A DNA stretch of 64,000 nt from Planktothricoides raciborskii GIHE-MW2 (GTDB taxonomy: Bacteria > Cyanobacteriota > Cyanobacteriia > Cyanobacteriales > Laspinemataceae). Under the pieces are notes generated by a model. That model was given only the letters and a program-made list of their open reading frames with translations, had not been told where the DNA came from and searched no databases. Shown here in pieces: positions 29,229 to 39,700 of this stretch. The stretch lies in the NCBI RefSeq assembly GCF_040564635.1, contig NZ_CP159837.1, positions 355,801 to 419,800 on the forward strand, read 5' to 3'. The position numbers were made by a program, and so were the translations under genes. The stretch's first letter is position 1, and each line of letters starts with the position of its first letter.

Positions 29229-30761
29229 ATGTCAAATTCAATCGATTTGAACGGTAGACCTTTTCATTTTCTCGGCATCGGCGGAATTGGAATGTCAGCC
29301 CTGGCTTATATTCTAGCTAAACGGAATTTGCCAGTGTATGGTTCGGATATTCGTCCGAGCCATATTACTGAAAGACTCCAGGAAATTGGCGCTCATATAT
29401 TTTGGCGTCAAGATGCCAGTAATTTAGAATTTTTCGTTTCTAGACTCCAGGGATTAGGAGACAACGGATCTCCAGTCGCGGTAAATGCTGACGGCAGAAA
29501 CGGACATTCCCAGACCCGATCGAAGGAAGCGAAACCCGCGAATAGTGCCTTGCCCCAGGTGATTTGTTCTACAGCGATCGCCTCTGATAATCCTGAGTAC
29601 CAAGCTGCGGTCAATTTAGGCTGCCCGATTTTTCACCGATCGGATTTGTTGGCAGCCCTGATTCAGGAGTCTCAAAGTATTGCTGTAGCCGGAACTCATG
29701 GGAAAACCACTACCAGTAGCGCTATTAGCCATGTCCTGTTTAAGGCGGGTCTGGATCCGACCATTGTCGTGGGTGGGGAGGTCAATACTTGGGGCGGCAA
29801 TGCCTATGCCGGAACCGGGCGATTTTTAGTCGCGGAAGCGGATGAGTCTGATGGATCTTTGGTCAAGTTTGGCGCCAAAATTGGCGTGATTACTAATATT
29901 GAACTGGATCATCCAGATCATTATCAAAGCCTCGAAGAAGTGATCCAGATTTTTCAGGTGTTTCGCGATCGCTGTACTGATTTGGTGGGATGCATTGACT
30001 GTTCCACGGTGCGAGAACAAATTAAACCGAAGATTTCTTACGGTCTGAACCCAGATTTTAACCCCGACTACACCGTGTCTTCGGTAGTTTATGGTGCCGA
30101 TGGCACCACCGCCGAGGTTTGGGAACGCGGTAAAATATTAGGTGAATTGTTTGTGCCTTTGCTGGGTGAACATAATTTGAGTAATGCCCTGGCCGTGGTC
30201 GCGGTCAGTCGTCACCTAGGCTTGGATTTTGCCGTAATTAGTGAGGCGATCGCTTCTTTTCAGGGTGCCCGTCGTCGCTTTGAGCATCGCGGTGAATACC
30301 ACAATATTCTGTTTGTTGATGATTATGCCCACCACCCCAGTGAAATTCGCGCCACTCTGAAGGCAGCACAACTGCACGTCAGCAGTCCATTATCTCGGCA
30401 AAAGCGGATTGTGGCCATTTTTCAACCCCACCGTTACAGCCGAACTGAAGCATTTCTGCCAGAATTTGCTGCATCTTTACAAGCGGCAGATGTGGTCGTG
30501 GTCAGCGATATTTATGCCGCTGGGGAAAAAAATGTCCACAACATGAGCGGTGCTAATGTTGCTGATATCATTAAAACAGTTCATCAGAACGTACATTATC
30601 AACCTTCTTTGCCGTTGGTGTCTCAGTTGCTCCAAAAAATACTTGTTCCAGGGGATTTAGCATTATTTCTGGGTGCTGGTAATTTAAATCAGATCATTCC
30701 TGAGTTGATGGCGTATTATCAGGAAATGGAGCTTTGTCACCCTGCTGGTTCTTGCTCCTAA
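29229..30761 (+). CDS. murC: UDP-N-acetylmuramate--L-alanine ligase
   Basis: FHFLGIGGIGMSALA P-loop region, GTHGKTTTS, Mur ligase middle and C-terminal domains; has a low-complexity insertion of about 40 aa before the conserved ...ICSTAIASDNPE motif. Confidence 0.9.
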   Translation: MSNSIDLNGRPFHFLGIGGIGMSALAYILAKRNLPVYGSDIRPSHITERLQEIGAHIFWRQDASNLEFFVSRLQGLGDNGSPVAVNADGRNGHSQTRSKEAKPANSALPQVICSTAIASDNPEYQAAVNLGCPIFHRSDLLAALIQESQSIAVAGTHGKTTTSSAISHVLFKAGLDPTIVVGGEVNTWGGNAYAGTGRFLVAEADESDGSLVKFGAKIGVITNIELDHPDHYQSLEEVIQIFQVFRDRCTDLVGCIDCSTVREQIKPKISYGLNPDFNPDYTVSSVVYGADGTTAEVWERGKILGELFVPLLGEHNLSNALAVVAVSRHLGLDFAVISEAIASFQGARRRFEHRGEYHNILFVDDYAHHPSEIRATLKAAQLHVSSPLSRQKRIVAIFQPHRYSRTEAFLPEFAASLQAADVVVVSDIYAAGEKNVHNMSGANVADIIKTVHQNVHYQPSLPLVSQLLQKILVPGDLALFLGAGNLNQIIPELMAYYQEMELCHPAGSCS

Positions 30762-30883
30762 TCATCCCCTGAATCCGATCGCAAAAGCTGCCTAAAACAA
30801 ACTGTTAGAGATGCGATCGCTCGCATCTGCACTAAAAATGAAGTAGCTGTTAGTTCAGCTGTTAATTGAAATACTTGGATATT

Positions 30884-31861
30884 ATGACTGTTTCTTATCA
30901 GACGAGGCGGGTGGTAAATCCCACGATCGGTGTTCCCACCAACACACAACCAGAATCGATGTACTTGCCTGGAACTAAATGTCCCTTGAAATCGCAAGTG
31001 AAACTAGCCCCTTTAACCTCCTTCCGAGTAGGTGGACCTGCCCAATGGTATGTTTCACCCAAAAACCTCGAAGAACTTAAACAAAGTTTCGCTTGGGCTA
31101 CGGAACAACAATTGCCGATTACTTTGCTCGGTGCTGGATCGAATTTACTCGTAAGCGATCGCGGTTTACCGGGTTTGGTGATTGGCACTAAAGGTCTGCG
31201 TCACACTCATTTTGATCTAGAAACAGGTCAAGTCCGAGTGGCCGCAGGTCAGTCGGTCGCCCGTCTAGCTTGGAAAGCGGCTGAGTTGGGGTGGGAAGGT
31301 TTGGAATGGGCTGTGGGAATTCCCGGCACTGTCGGCGGTGCGGTGGTGATGAATGCTGGCGCTCATGGGAGTTGTGCGGCGGATATTCTGGTGGATACTC
31401 AAGTCCTATCCCCAGACGGAGCCGTTGAATTGTTGTCACTCAAAGACTTGGGTTATCGCTATCGGACTTCGGTGTTGCAAGGGGGCGATCGCTTGGTGAC
31501 AGAAGCGACCTTCCAACTCAAACCTGGAGCCGATCCCGCGAAAGTGACTGCCACTACAGCAGAACAGTTGGAACAGCGACGGCTGACTCAGCCTTATCAT
31601 TTGCCCAGTTGTGGTAGTGTGTTTCGCAACCCTGGAGGTCAACATGGGGCTGGATGGTTAATTGAGCAAATGGGTTTGAAAGGTTATCAAATTGGTTCTG
31701 CCCAGGTTGCCGAGCGTCATGCTAATTTTATTCTCAACTGTGGCGGTGCCAAGGCGATGGATATCTATCGGTTAATTCTTTACGTCCAAGAACAAGTGGA
31801 AAACCATTGGTCTGTAAAGTTAGAACCGGAAGTCAGAATCTTGGGTCAGTTTACGGCTTGA
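30884..31861 (+). CDS. murB: UDP-N-acetylenolpyruvoylglucosamine reductase
   Basis: [17 protein letters not shown]..., FAD-binding and C-terminal MurB motifs; start ambiguous (Met at 30884 or 30959). Confidence 0.9.
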   Translation: MTVSYQTRRVVNPTIGVPTNTQPESMYLPGTKCPLKSQVKLAPLTSFRVGGPAQWYVSPKNLEELKQSFAWATEQQLPITLLGAGSNLLVSDRGLPGLVIGTKGLRHTHFDLETGQVRVAAGQSVARLAWKAAELGWEGLEWAVGIPGTVGGAVVMNAGAHGSCAADILVDTQVLSPDGAVELLSLKDLGYRYRTSVLQGGDRLVTEATFQLKPGADPAKVTATTAEQLEQRRLTQPYHLPSCGSVFRNPGGQHGAGWLIEQMGLKGYQIGSAQVAERHANFILNCGGAKAMDIYRLILYVQEQVENHWSVKLEPEVRILGQFTA

Positions 31862-32144
31862 TTCTCAAGCTTGTAGCTATTACCCACAATTCAGTCAGCA
31901 TTAGCCTCCAGAAATCGGGTGAGTCGTTTAACGACTCACCCGATTTTGGCGATCGCCCTTGGGGAGATCCACCCTTGCCGTCGGGATGCCTCAGATTTAG
32001 AGCAGTATTCCGATCGGCGTCTCTAGAATCAGCCCGATCTGACCGCCCTATAGCTGGTTTTATATGCATGAAAAGAAGCTTGTGATCTTTAGTAAGTTAA
32101 AATAACTGGATGTAACCTTAAACTCCGAAGAGAAAAAACTCATT

Positions 32145-32495
32145 ATGTCAAAAGGACAAGGACAGGGATTTGGTTTCGGTCTGGGAAAAATGAAAGAACT
32201 GACCGAAGCATTCAAAAAAGCCCAACAAGTACAAGAAGGAGCAAAAAAACTTCAGGAAGATTTGGATGAACTCGAAGTCACCGGAGAAGCGGGCGGTGGT
32301 TTGGTGAAAGTCATCGTCAGTGGCAACCAGGAACCCCGCCGGGTGGAAATCTCCCCAGATGTCATGGGAGAAGGTGCTGATGTCGTCTCTGAACTGGTGA
32401 CTCAAGCAGCGAAAGACGCTTATATCAAGTCTACGACGACGATGCGTGAGAAAATGGAAGAACTGACAGGTGGGCTGAGTCTCCCAGGCTTGTAA
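32145..32495 (+). CDS. ybaB: YbaB/EbfC-family nucleoid-associated protein
   Basis: 116 aa; [16 protein letters not shown]...[30 protein letters not shown]... typical YbaB. Confidence 0.9.
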   Translation: MSKGQGQGFGFGLGKMKELTEAFKKAQQVQEGAKKLQEDLDELEVTGEAGGGLVKVIVSGNQEPRRVEISPDVMGEGADVVSELVTQAAKDAYIKSTTTMREKMEELTGGLSLPGL

Positions 32496-32629
32496 TCCCA
32501 ATCGCAGTGAGTTCCGGCAAAATGCTTTTGAGGCAATGTCTTGGCTTCAAATCCCTTTTCAGGATATGGGATCGATCTTTTGATGGGATGATCTCGAAAT
32601 ACATCTGATTTATTTTGACCGAACTCACT

Positions 32630-32722
32630 CCGTTGAAGCATTGTTGAAGCATTGTTGAAGCATTGTTGAAGCATTGTTGAAGCATTGTTGAAGCATTGTT
32701 GAAGCATTGTTGAAGCATTTTT
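32630..32722. repeat. 11-bp tandem repeat GTTGAAGCATT (about 8 copies)
   Basis: Direct reading; gives the spurious minus-strand MLQQCFNNAST repeat ORFs. Confidence 0.8.
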
Positions 32723-32871
32723 GATGATTTCCGATGCTCTGCACAATTATCAGTCATCAGTCATCAAAAATGCTGGCTTTACCCAGTTATTTGGGGATAA
32801 TTAAATTAAAATTATTTGAGAATTGGCTCAAATTTAGTTGCTAAAATAAATCAGGTTGATTACTGGAAATT

Positions 32872-33345
32872 ATGCCGTATAAGTTACTATTTGTTTGTCT
32901 AGGAAATATTTGCCGATCGCCCGCCGCCGAAAATATTATGAATCATAAGATTCAAGAGAGAAATTTGGGCGATCGCATTGTCTGTGATTCCGCCGGTACT
33001 TCCAGTTATCATATTGGTTCTCCTCCCGACAAAAGAATGGTGTCAACGGCAAAAAAACGCGGGATGGAATTCACAGGTCAAGCCAGACAATTTAAAGGAT
33101 CAGATTTTGAAAAGTTTGACTTTATTTTAGCAATGGATCGCGATAATTATTGGGACATTTTATCTTTAGATACCCATAGTAAATATCGGGATAAAGTTAA
33201 AATGATGTGTGATTTTTGCCGTAACCATAATGTGAAAGAAGTCCCGGATCCTTACTATGGTGGCCCCGAAGGATTTAATCACGTCATTGATTTATTAATG
33301 GATGCTTGTGACGGATTGCTGGAATCCCTAGATTTGAAGGATTAA
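32872..33345 (+). CDS. low-molecular-weight protein tyrosine phosphatase
   Basis: LFVCLGNICRSPAAE P-loop (CX5R) and DPYY motif. Confidence 0.85.
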   Translation: MPYKLLFVCLGNICRSPAAENIMNHKIQERNLGDRIVCDSAGTSSYHIGSPPDKRMVSTAKKRGMEFTGQARQFKGSDFEKFDFILAMDRDNYWDILSLDTHSKYRDKVKMMCDFCRNHNVKEVPDPYYGGPEGFNHVIDLLMDACDGLLESLDLKD

Positions 33346-33608
33346 GGATTTCGGTAAATTTGGGACATTTTTCTGGGAAATTTTTCTGGGTTCTGAGCGG
33401 GCGATATTTTCTGAGAGTTTATACCATTTACAAAAAATCATGGTAGGGGCGCTACGTCCAAGCGCCCCCGCACATTGCGATCGCTTGGGGTGCTTTGCAT
33501 TGCGCCCCTAGATCAGCCCAAATAAATCTCGTATAAGTAATTTAAGTCATTTAAATAATTTAATTAATTATTTAAACTAAGAATTAGTTTAAATAATTAT
33601 CACTTTCA

Positions 33609-34016
33609 ATGGTGGCCATAATGAGCGAAAAATCACAAAACACTCTCACCATTGCTCACCAAGCATTTAACCATTTTACCCAAGGGTTAGCCACGGGAGA
33701 ATGGGAACCTTTTTTAGCCATGCTAACCGATGATTTTAGTTTTTGGTTTCCTGTGGGTCAATTCCACGGATTAAATCAAGGAAAAGAACGAGCCCGAGAG
33801 TTTTTTCAATATGCTTCCGAGGCTTACAGTGAGGGATTGACAGTCACCTTAGATCGCGTGACCAGCAATGAAAATACGGTTGTTTTTGAGTTTCGGGATG
33901 AAGGGCCGATGTGGGGACAGCCTTATAAAAATCGCGTCGCTGTTTCTTTTGATGTTCGCGAAGATAAAATTTGTTTTTATCGGGAATATTTTGGCAGTGA
34001 TGGCAAATCCAATTAA
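33609..34016 (+). CDS. NTF2-like / SnoaL-like small protein
   Basis: 135 aa; alpha+beta cone-like pattern with conserved aromatic/acidic positions; family assignment approximate. Confidence 0.5.
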   Translation: MVAIMSEKSQNTLTIAHQAFNHFTQGLATGEWEPFLAMLTDDFSFWFPVGQFHGLNQGKERAREFFQYASEAYSEGLTVTLDRVTSNENTVVFEFRDEGPMWGQPYKNRVAVSFDVREDKICFYREYFGSDGKSN

Positions 34017-34172
34017 ATCCATTTAAATCCATGATGATGCCTGCTGTGCTGATTCGGTCTGATTCGGTATCCCCTGAATCCGTAAGACTATTTTTTGATG
34101 GGTTGCCATTTCCGGTGAGAATCTGGGAAGATCGGATGCAGTAAGATGACCAATTCCTAGCGTTAAATACAA

Positions 34173-34625
34173 TTGCCCGTGAATACATCTCCTAAATTTT
34201 CTAGTGTTTCGGTGACTGATGCTACAGCGGCTGATGCCATTGATGTCATTGAGTCCGATCGCCCTTCCTCCGCGATCGCCCAGTCAAATCTACCGGAACC
34301 GCAAACGGATCCGGAACCCAGCGAACCCTTTACCCCAACCATTGACCCTGGTGCGGTGGCGGTTTTGGGTTCAACCTTTGTAACGATATTTTTTGCCGAG
34401 GTTGGGGATAAAACTCAACTGGCGGTTTTGTTAATGAGTGCTGAATCTGAAAAACCTTGGGTTGTGTTTGCGGGTGCAGCTTGTGCCTTGATTGCGACGA
34501 GTTTGTTAGGGGTGATGCTAGGAAAGTGGCTCTCCACTCGTGTGTCCCCAAAAACTTTAGAACGTTCGGCGGCAGTGGTGTTGCTGTTTATTTCCGCCAC
34601 CTTGCTTTGGGATGTGTTGCATTAA
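34173..34625 (+). CDS. UPF0016 (GDT1/TMEM165/Mnx-like) half-size membrane protein with acidic N-terminal extension
   Basis: E-x-G-D-K-T motif (AEVGDKTQLAVLLMSAE) and 3 TM helices; N-terminal 60 aa is acidic/Pro-rich. Confidence 0.8.
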   Translation: MPVNTSPKFSSVSVTDATAADAIDVIESDRPSSAIAQSNLPEPQTDPEPSEPFTPTIDPGAVAVLGSTFVTIFFAEVGDKTQLAVLLMSAESEKPWVVFAGAACALIATSLLGVMLGKWLSTRVSPKTLERSAAVVLLFISATLLWDVLH

Positions 34626-34641
34626 TTATTACAACTAAACT

Positions 34642-34929
34642 ATGGATTGGCAACTTTTGGGACTGAGTTTTATTACGGTATTTTTGGCGGAGTTAGGCGA
34701 CAAAAGTCAATTAGCCGCGATCGCCCTCGGAGGCAGTTCTAAACATCCGAATGCGGTGTTTTTGGGCACCGCTGGGGCTTTGGTATTGGCGACTTTAATC
34801 GGTGTTTTACTTGGAGAAGGAACCGCTTTGCTGTTGCCAACTCGTGTAGTGAAGGCGATCGCCGCCATTGGTTTTGCTATCATGGCTGTCAAGTTACTCT
34901 GGCCAGAAAACGAGGAATCAGAAAGTTAA
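34642..34929 (+). CDS. UPF0016 half-size membrane protein (second half of a split cation/Mn2+ transporter pair)
   Basis: AELGDKSQLAAIALG motif, 3 TM helices; begins 16 bp after its partner. Confidence 0.8.
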   Translation: MDWQLLGLSFITVFLAELGDKSQLAAIALGGSSKHPNAVFLGTAGALVLATLIGVLLGEGTALLLPTRVVKAIAAIGFAIMAVKLLWPENEESES

Positions 34930-34946
34930 GTTTCCGCACCAAAATC

Positions 34947-34979
34947 AAAACCCCGGCTTGATAAAAAGCCGGGGTTTTT
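34947..34979 (+). terminator. rho-independent terminator AAAACCCCGGCTT..AAGCCGGGGTTTTT
   Basis: Perfect GC stem plus T-run directly after the UPF0016 pair. Confidence 0.75.
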
Positions 34980-35023
34980 GTTGATTATTGTTTAATATTT
35001 CACAGATTTACTGAATCATTTAC

Positions 35024-35539
35024 CTATTCAGAAATCAAATGTTCATGGTGGTGGATAAACCAGCCCAAGACAATGGTTCCAGCGCCTAATTTCAGCATTT
35101 CTAAAACCCAATAACCGGCGTGCATTTGATTCATTACTACGGGGGCTGGGGCGGCGGGGTCAAACAGATTAAGCTGCATTCCCAAAGCACTCATTTGAGG
35201 AGTTAAGCCATAGGTATCAAATAACGCAACAGCCATGAGCATCAGGGAGCAAATAATGGCGATTAAATTTTTATTTTCTCCTTCTTTTTGCAATGCTAAA
35301 GTGGTAAAAAGTCCAGTTAAAACTAGGGCGGCACAAACTAATTCAATCCGATTAAAAACTGAAAACATTGTATAACCCGCTGAGGCAAAATCCGATTGAG
35401 TCATCATGCCGGAGGCATACATACTGGGCATAATTACCGCATCTAATAGGAGCAAAGCACTGAGCCAGAAGCCTAAAGTTAAGATGGCGACGGTTTGCCA
35501 TAAGGGTTGTTTATTTTCAAATGTAGGAATCGTTGACAT
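35024..35539 (-). CDS. conserved hypothetical integral membrane protein (4-5 TM)
   Basis: Likely start MSTIPTFENKQPLWQTVAILTLGFWLSALLLL...; multiple hydrophobic helices; C-terminal HHHEH. Confidence 0.5.
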   Translation of the reverse strand: MSTIPTFENKQPLWQTVAILTLGFWLSALLLLDAVIMPSMYASGMMTQSDFASAGYTMFSVFNRIELVCAALVLTGLFTTLALQKEGENKNLIAIICSLMLMAVALFDTYGLTPQMSALGMQLNLFDPAAPAPVVMNQMHAGYWVLEMLKLGAGTIVLGWFIHHHEHLISE

Positions 35540-35832
35540 AATAATTACCTTTGATTTCTTTGATTTTTTATCGATGTTTCTACTATAGCGAAGTTTTCCC
35601 AAAAAAGATATGAAGTAATTTTGCAAAAAGATACAAATTGCATCAAATTAGAGGGTATTTACGGTTATTATTGTGAATAAATATTAAGCAAAGGGACTAA
35701 TGGGCTGGTTGATGAGTATTTATGCTGATTTTTTCCGCAGCGCCCAAGGCATCAGGTGGTTGTGATTAATCAGTAATTGGTAATATATCCCAAAGATTCC
35801 GATCTATTTGTAATGTATTAACAGGAAAATCC

Positions 35833-36507
35833 GTGAAAGCAGTCATTTTATTGTCGGGAGGACTTGATTCCTCGACGGTGCTGTATCAAGCGAAGGCCGA
35901 TGGTTGTGAATGTTATGCAATTTCGTTTGATTACCAACAACGGCATCGCCGCGAGTTGGATTCGGCAGCAGCGATCGCGAGGGTCGCAGGAGTGGTGGCC
36001 CATCAGGTGATTACCTTTGATTTGCGGCAGTGGGGGGGGTCAGCGTTAACCGATGATGGGATTGATTTGCCGGAAGGGCGATCGCTCTCGGAAATGGCAA
36101 GTCAAATTCCGGTGACTTATGTCCCAGCCCGAAATACGATATTTCTCAGTTTTGCTTTGGCTTATGCGGAGGCGATCGCTGCCGAACGAGTCTATATTGG
36201 GGTCAATGCTTTGGACTATTCGGGATATCCCGATTGTCGCCCAGATTACATTCAAGCGATGCAGGAAGTGTTTCGTCTGGGGACAAAACAAGGTCGCGAA
36301 GGACAGGCGATCGCTATTATCAGCCCCTTACTGGAGTTGCACAAAACCGAAATTATTCAATTAGGCAATAAATTGGGCGTCCCTTGGCAACATACTTGGT
36401 CTTGTTATGCCGGAGAGGAAAAAGCTTGTGGGGTCTGTGACTCCTGCCAATTGCGGTTAGCGGCTTTTGCTGAATTGGGCTTATCGGATCCGTTGCCTTA
36501 TCGGTAA
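35833..36507 (+). CDS. queC: 7-cyano-7-deazaguanine synthase
   Basis: MKAVILLSGGLDSST PP-loop and C-terminal Zn-binding CYAGEEKACGVCDSCQLR. Confidence 0.95.
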   Translation: MKAVILLSGGLDSSTVLYQAKADGCECYAISFDYQQRHRRELDSAAAIARVAGVVAHQVITFDLRQWGGSALTDDGIDLPEGRSLSEMASQIPVTYVPARNTIFLSFALAYAEAIAAERVYIGVNALDYSGYPDCRPDYIQAMQEVFRLGTKQGREGQAIAIISPLLELHKTEIIQLGNKLGVPWQHTWSCYAGEEKACGVCDSCQLRLAAFAELGLSDPLPYR

Positions 36508-36790
36508 TGGGGAGCGGGGTGTAGGGTGTAGGGTGTAGGGTGTAGGGAGAAGCCGCCGTCGTGTAGGGTGTAGGGTGTAGGGAGAAGCCGCCGTCGTGTA
36601 GGGTGTAGGGTGTAGGGTGTAGGGAGAAGCCGCCGTCGTGTAGGGTGTGGGGGGAAGAGAGAAAAGAGAATAGAGAAAAGAGAATAGAGAATTTTCCTAT
36701 GCATCCTATGCATCCTATGCATCCTATGCATCCTATGCATCCTCTTCCCCTACACCCTACACCCCCCGCCCCTACCCACCCATAGATTAA
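36508..36790. repeat. complex repeat element: (GGGTGTA)n G-tract heptamers, 3 copies of GAGAAGCCGCCGTCGTGTAGGGTGTAGG, (AGAGAAAAGAGAATAG)x2, (ATGCATCCT)x5, closing with complementary CCCTACACC heptamers
   Basis: Direct reading; the GGGTGTAGGGTGTAGGGTGTAGGG run fits the G3N4G3N4G3N4G3 G-quadruplex consensus; the two ends are inverted complements forming a long hairpin. Confidence 0.75.
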
Positions 36791-39700
36791 TTAATCCGGT
36801 AAACGCAGGGGGAGAATAATGACAAATTCTGTTCCTTTGCCCGGTTCAGAATGACAGAAAAGGTTGCCTTGATGTTTTTCCACTACAATTTGATAACTCA
36901 CAGAGAGTCCGAGTCCGGTGCCACTGCCCACAGGTTTGGTGGTAAAAAAGGGATCGAAAATCCGGTTTTGGATGTTTTCGGGAATTCCCAAGCCATTATC
37001 GGCAATGCTAATTCTCACAGATTCATGGATCTGTTCGGTTTCGATGATAATCTGAGGGAAATTCTCATCGGATGATAGATTTTGCGCTGGTTTTTCTTTG
37101 GAGTTGAGATATTTTTGTTGAAGGGCATCAATCGCATTGGCGAGAATATTCATAAAGACTTGATTGATTTGGGCGGAGTAACATTCAACGGGGGGTAATT
37201 CGCCAAAGTTTTTAACTAGCTGAATTTCTTTGAGTTGGTTTTGCAGAATTAATAAGGTGCTTTCCAGTCCTTCGTGGATATCCACCCGTTTTTTGGCCGC
37301 TTCGTCGAGGCGAGAAAAATTCCGTAAAGACAGGACAATTTTTCTAATGCGATCGGCGCCACTTTTCATGGACTCTAAAAGTTTCGGGATATCTTCGACT
37401 AAGAAATCTAACTCAACGGCGGCGATTCCTTCTTCAATAATCGGGTTTATTTGGGGATATTCTTGCCGGTAAAGATTCAATAAGTGCAATAAGTCATTAA
37501 TGTAATGGTTCAGGGGATCGAGATTGCTATAGATAAAACTTACGGGGTTATTAATTTCATGGGCAATTCCCGCTACAAGCTGTCCGAGACTGGCCATTTT
37601 TTCATTTTGTACCAGTTGAATTTGGGTGCGTTGGAGTTGATCTAAGGCGTTTTGCAGTTCTTGGGTTTGGTCTTTTAAGCGAGATCGGGAATAGCGCAGG
37701 GCTTCTTCGGTGGTTCTACGGAAGATAATTTCATCTTGGAGTTGCTTGTTGGCATTTTGCAAGGAGGCGATCGCCTCTTGTAGTTCCGCCGTCCGTGCTT
37801 CTACCCGGATTTCCAACTCTTCGTTGGCTTGCTTCAGGGCGGCTTCGGCTTCTACGCGATAGGTGATATCGTGAACTACGGCATAAATTAATTCCCGTTC
37901 CAGATCCGGTGTGGCGTTCCAAAATAGCCACCGATAAGAACCATCGGCACAGCGATAACGATTTTCAAAGGTAATGATTTCTTGTTGAGAAACCAGTTTT
38001 TCTGTCGCTGTCTGGGTGCTGGGTCGGTCTTCGGGATGGACAAATTCCAGAAATGATTTGCCTAACATTTGTTCGGTGGAGATAGCGAGGGTTCTTTCCC
38101 AGGCGGGGTTGAGTTGGGTAAATTGTCCCTGAAAATCGATGACGCAGAGTAAGTCTTGGGAGAGACTAAAGAAGCGATCGCGTTCTTGTTCCGCTTTCGC
38201 CCGATAAGACCGTTCAATGGCCAAGGCCAATAAATCCGCTAACGAGGCGGCAAAGTTTTCTTCTTCAATCGCCCAATGCCGGGGCGCACCGATATGTTCG
38301 TGGCATAAAACTCCCACCATTTGCCCTCCTACGCGAATCGGGGCTTCCAGCATGGAGGTGATACCGAGGGGAATTAAATATTGGTCGCGAAATTCCGCCG
38401 TTCTCATGTCGGTGCGACCATCGTAGGCGGCGATAATTCGTTCCGTGGATAAAACCCGAAAATACGTCGGATAGTCGGAAACTGACAGATCCATGCCAGA
38501 GGTATGACGGTTGGGAGTCTGTTCGTAAAGGTCGAAGCATTTTATCTGAGTGCGTTGGTCATTGTAGATCCAGACGCTGACTCGTTCAATTTCCAAGGTT
38601 CTAGCACTGGCTTCTAGGATTTCTTTGACGGATAACAGCAGATCGTCGGAGCGATCGCTGCTATGAGTTTTGCCAGGGGTGAAATCCTGGGACAGACTGG
38701 TTAGCTTCTGCTGAAAATTGCGGTTGACTAAGGCAAAAATATCTTGAGTTGGCGCATAAGCTTTTCTAAACTCCAGAGAATTTTGTTGTCGATTTCGCTG
38801 CGAGAGTTTTAGTAAGGTGCTGCTTTGAGAACGCAGCCGTTTTTCCCGGAGGGAAATACTGTTGTAAAGCTGGGCATTTTCCCAGCAAATCGCTGCTTGG
38901 GAAGAGAGGAGTTTTAAAATGGTCAGGTTTTGGGAGCTAAACGCGGAACTGGTGAGATGATTTTCCAAATACAGCAAACCCATCATTTTATTCTGATGCA
39001 GAATTGATGTACAAATCATTGATTTTGGTTGCTTGGTCTGGATATAAGCATCTTGGCTAAAGCGTTCGTCCAGGGTGGCATCATCTAGGACCAAATCTTC
39101 GCCGGTTTTCTCCACATAATTAATCACCGACAAGGGGACATACTCACGGGTTTCTACCGGGGAACGTTCGCGACAGCGGTGCGGAGCACTTTCACCCATG
39201 ATGGTTTGGGCTTCATTTAAGACTGCCCTGGCTTTGATCTCCCAGGTGCCTTCTAATTCCCAAAGCAGGCAGCCCGTAGTTGCCCCGGCATTTTCCACCA
39301 GCATTGTCATAATTTGATCGAGTAAATTTTCCAGTATTATTTCACTGCTTAGAGATTGCAAGGCTTTGATGACTGTATTGAAATCCACGGACGGGGGTTG
39401 AGTGGGGGTGATGGGACGGGATGTCCGATCTATCCGATATATCGGATCTATTTGATCTGTTGTGGCGGCAGAATCCAGCTTGATTGGTTGAGTGATGCTG
39501 GAGGAAAATAGTTGTGGATATTTGGTTTCTAGTTGTTTAACGATCGCGATCGCTCCCCAATTTAAATAACCATCATAAGCATCCCGCAGATAAATTTCGG
39601 CAATTTTCTGGTTGCCCCGTTCTTGATAGAATTCTCCTGCCCTTTGGTTGGCGATCGCCGCTTCATGGATATAGCCTTGTTGCGTTGCTCCGGTAATGGC

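Noticed and set aside
32420-32757. Two 108-aa minus-strand ORFs with MLQQCFNNAST repeats
   Set aside because: Translation of the 11-bp GTTGAAGCATT tandem repeat downstream of ybaB.
36498-36740. 80-aa ORF MHRMHRMHRMHRMHRK...
   Set aside because: Translation of the (ATGCATCCT)n and heptamer tandem repeats. It is not a gene.
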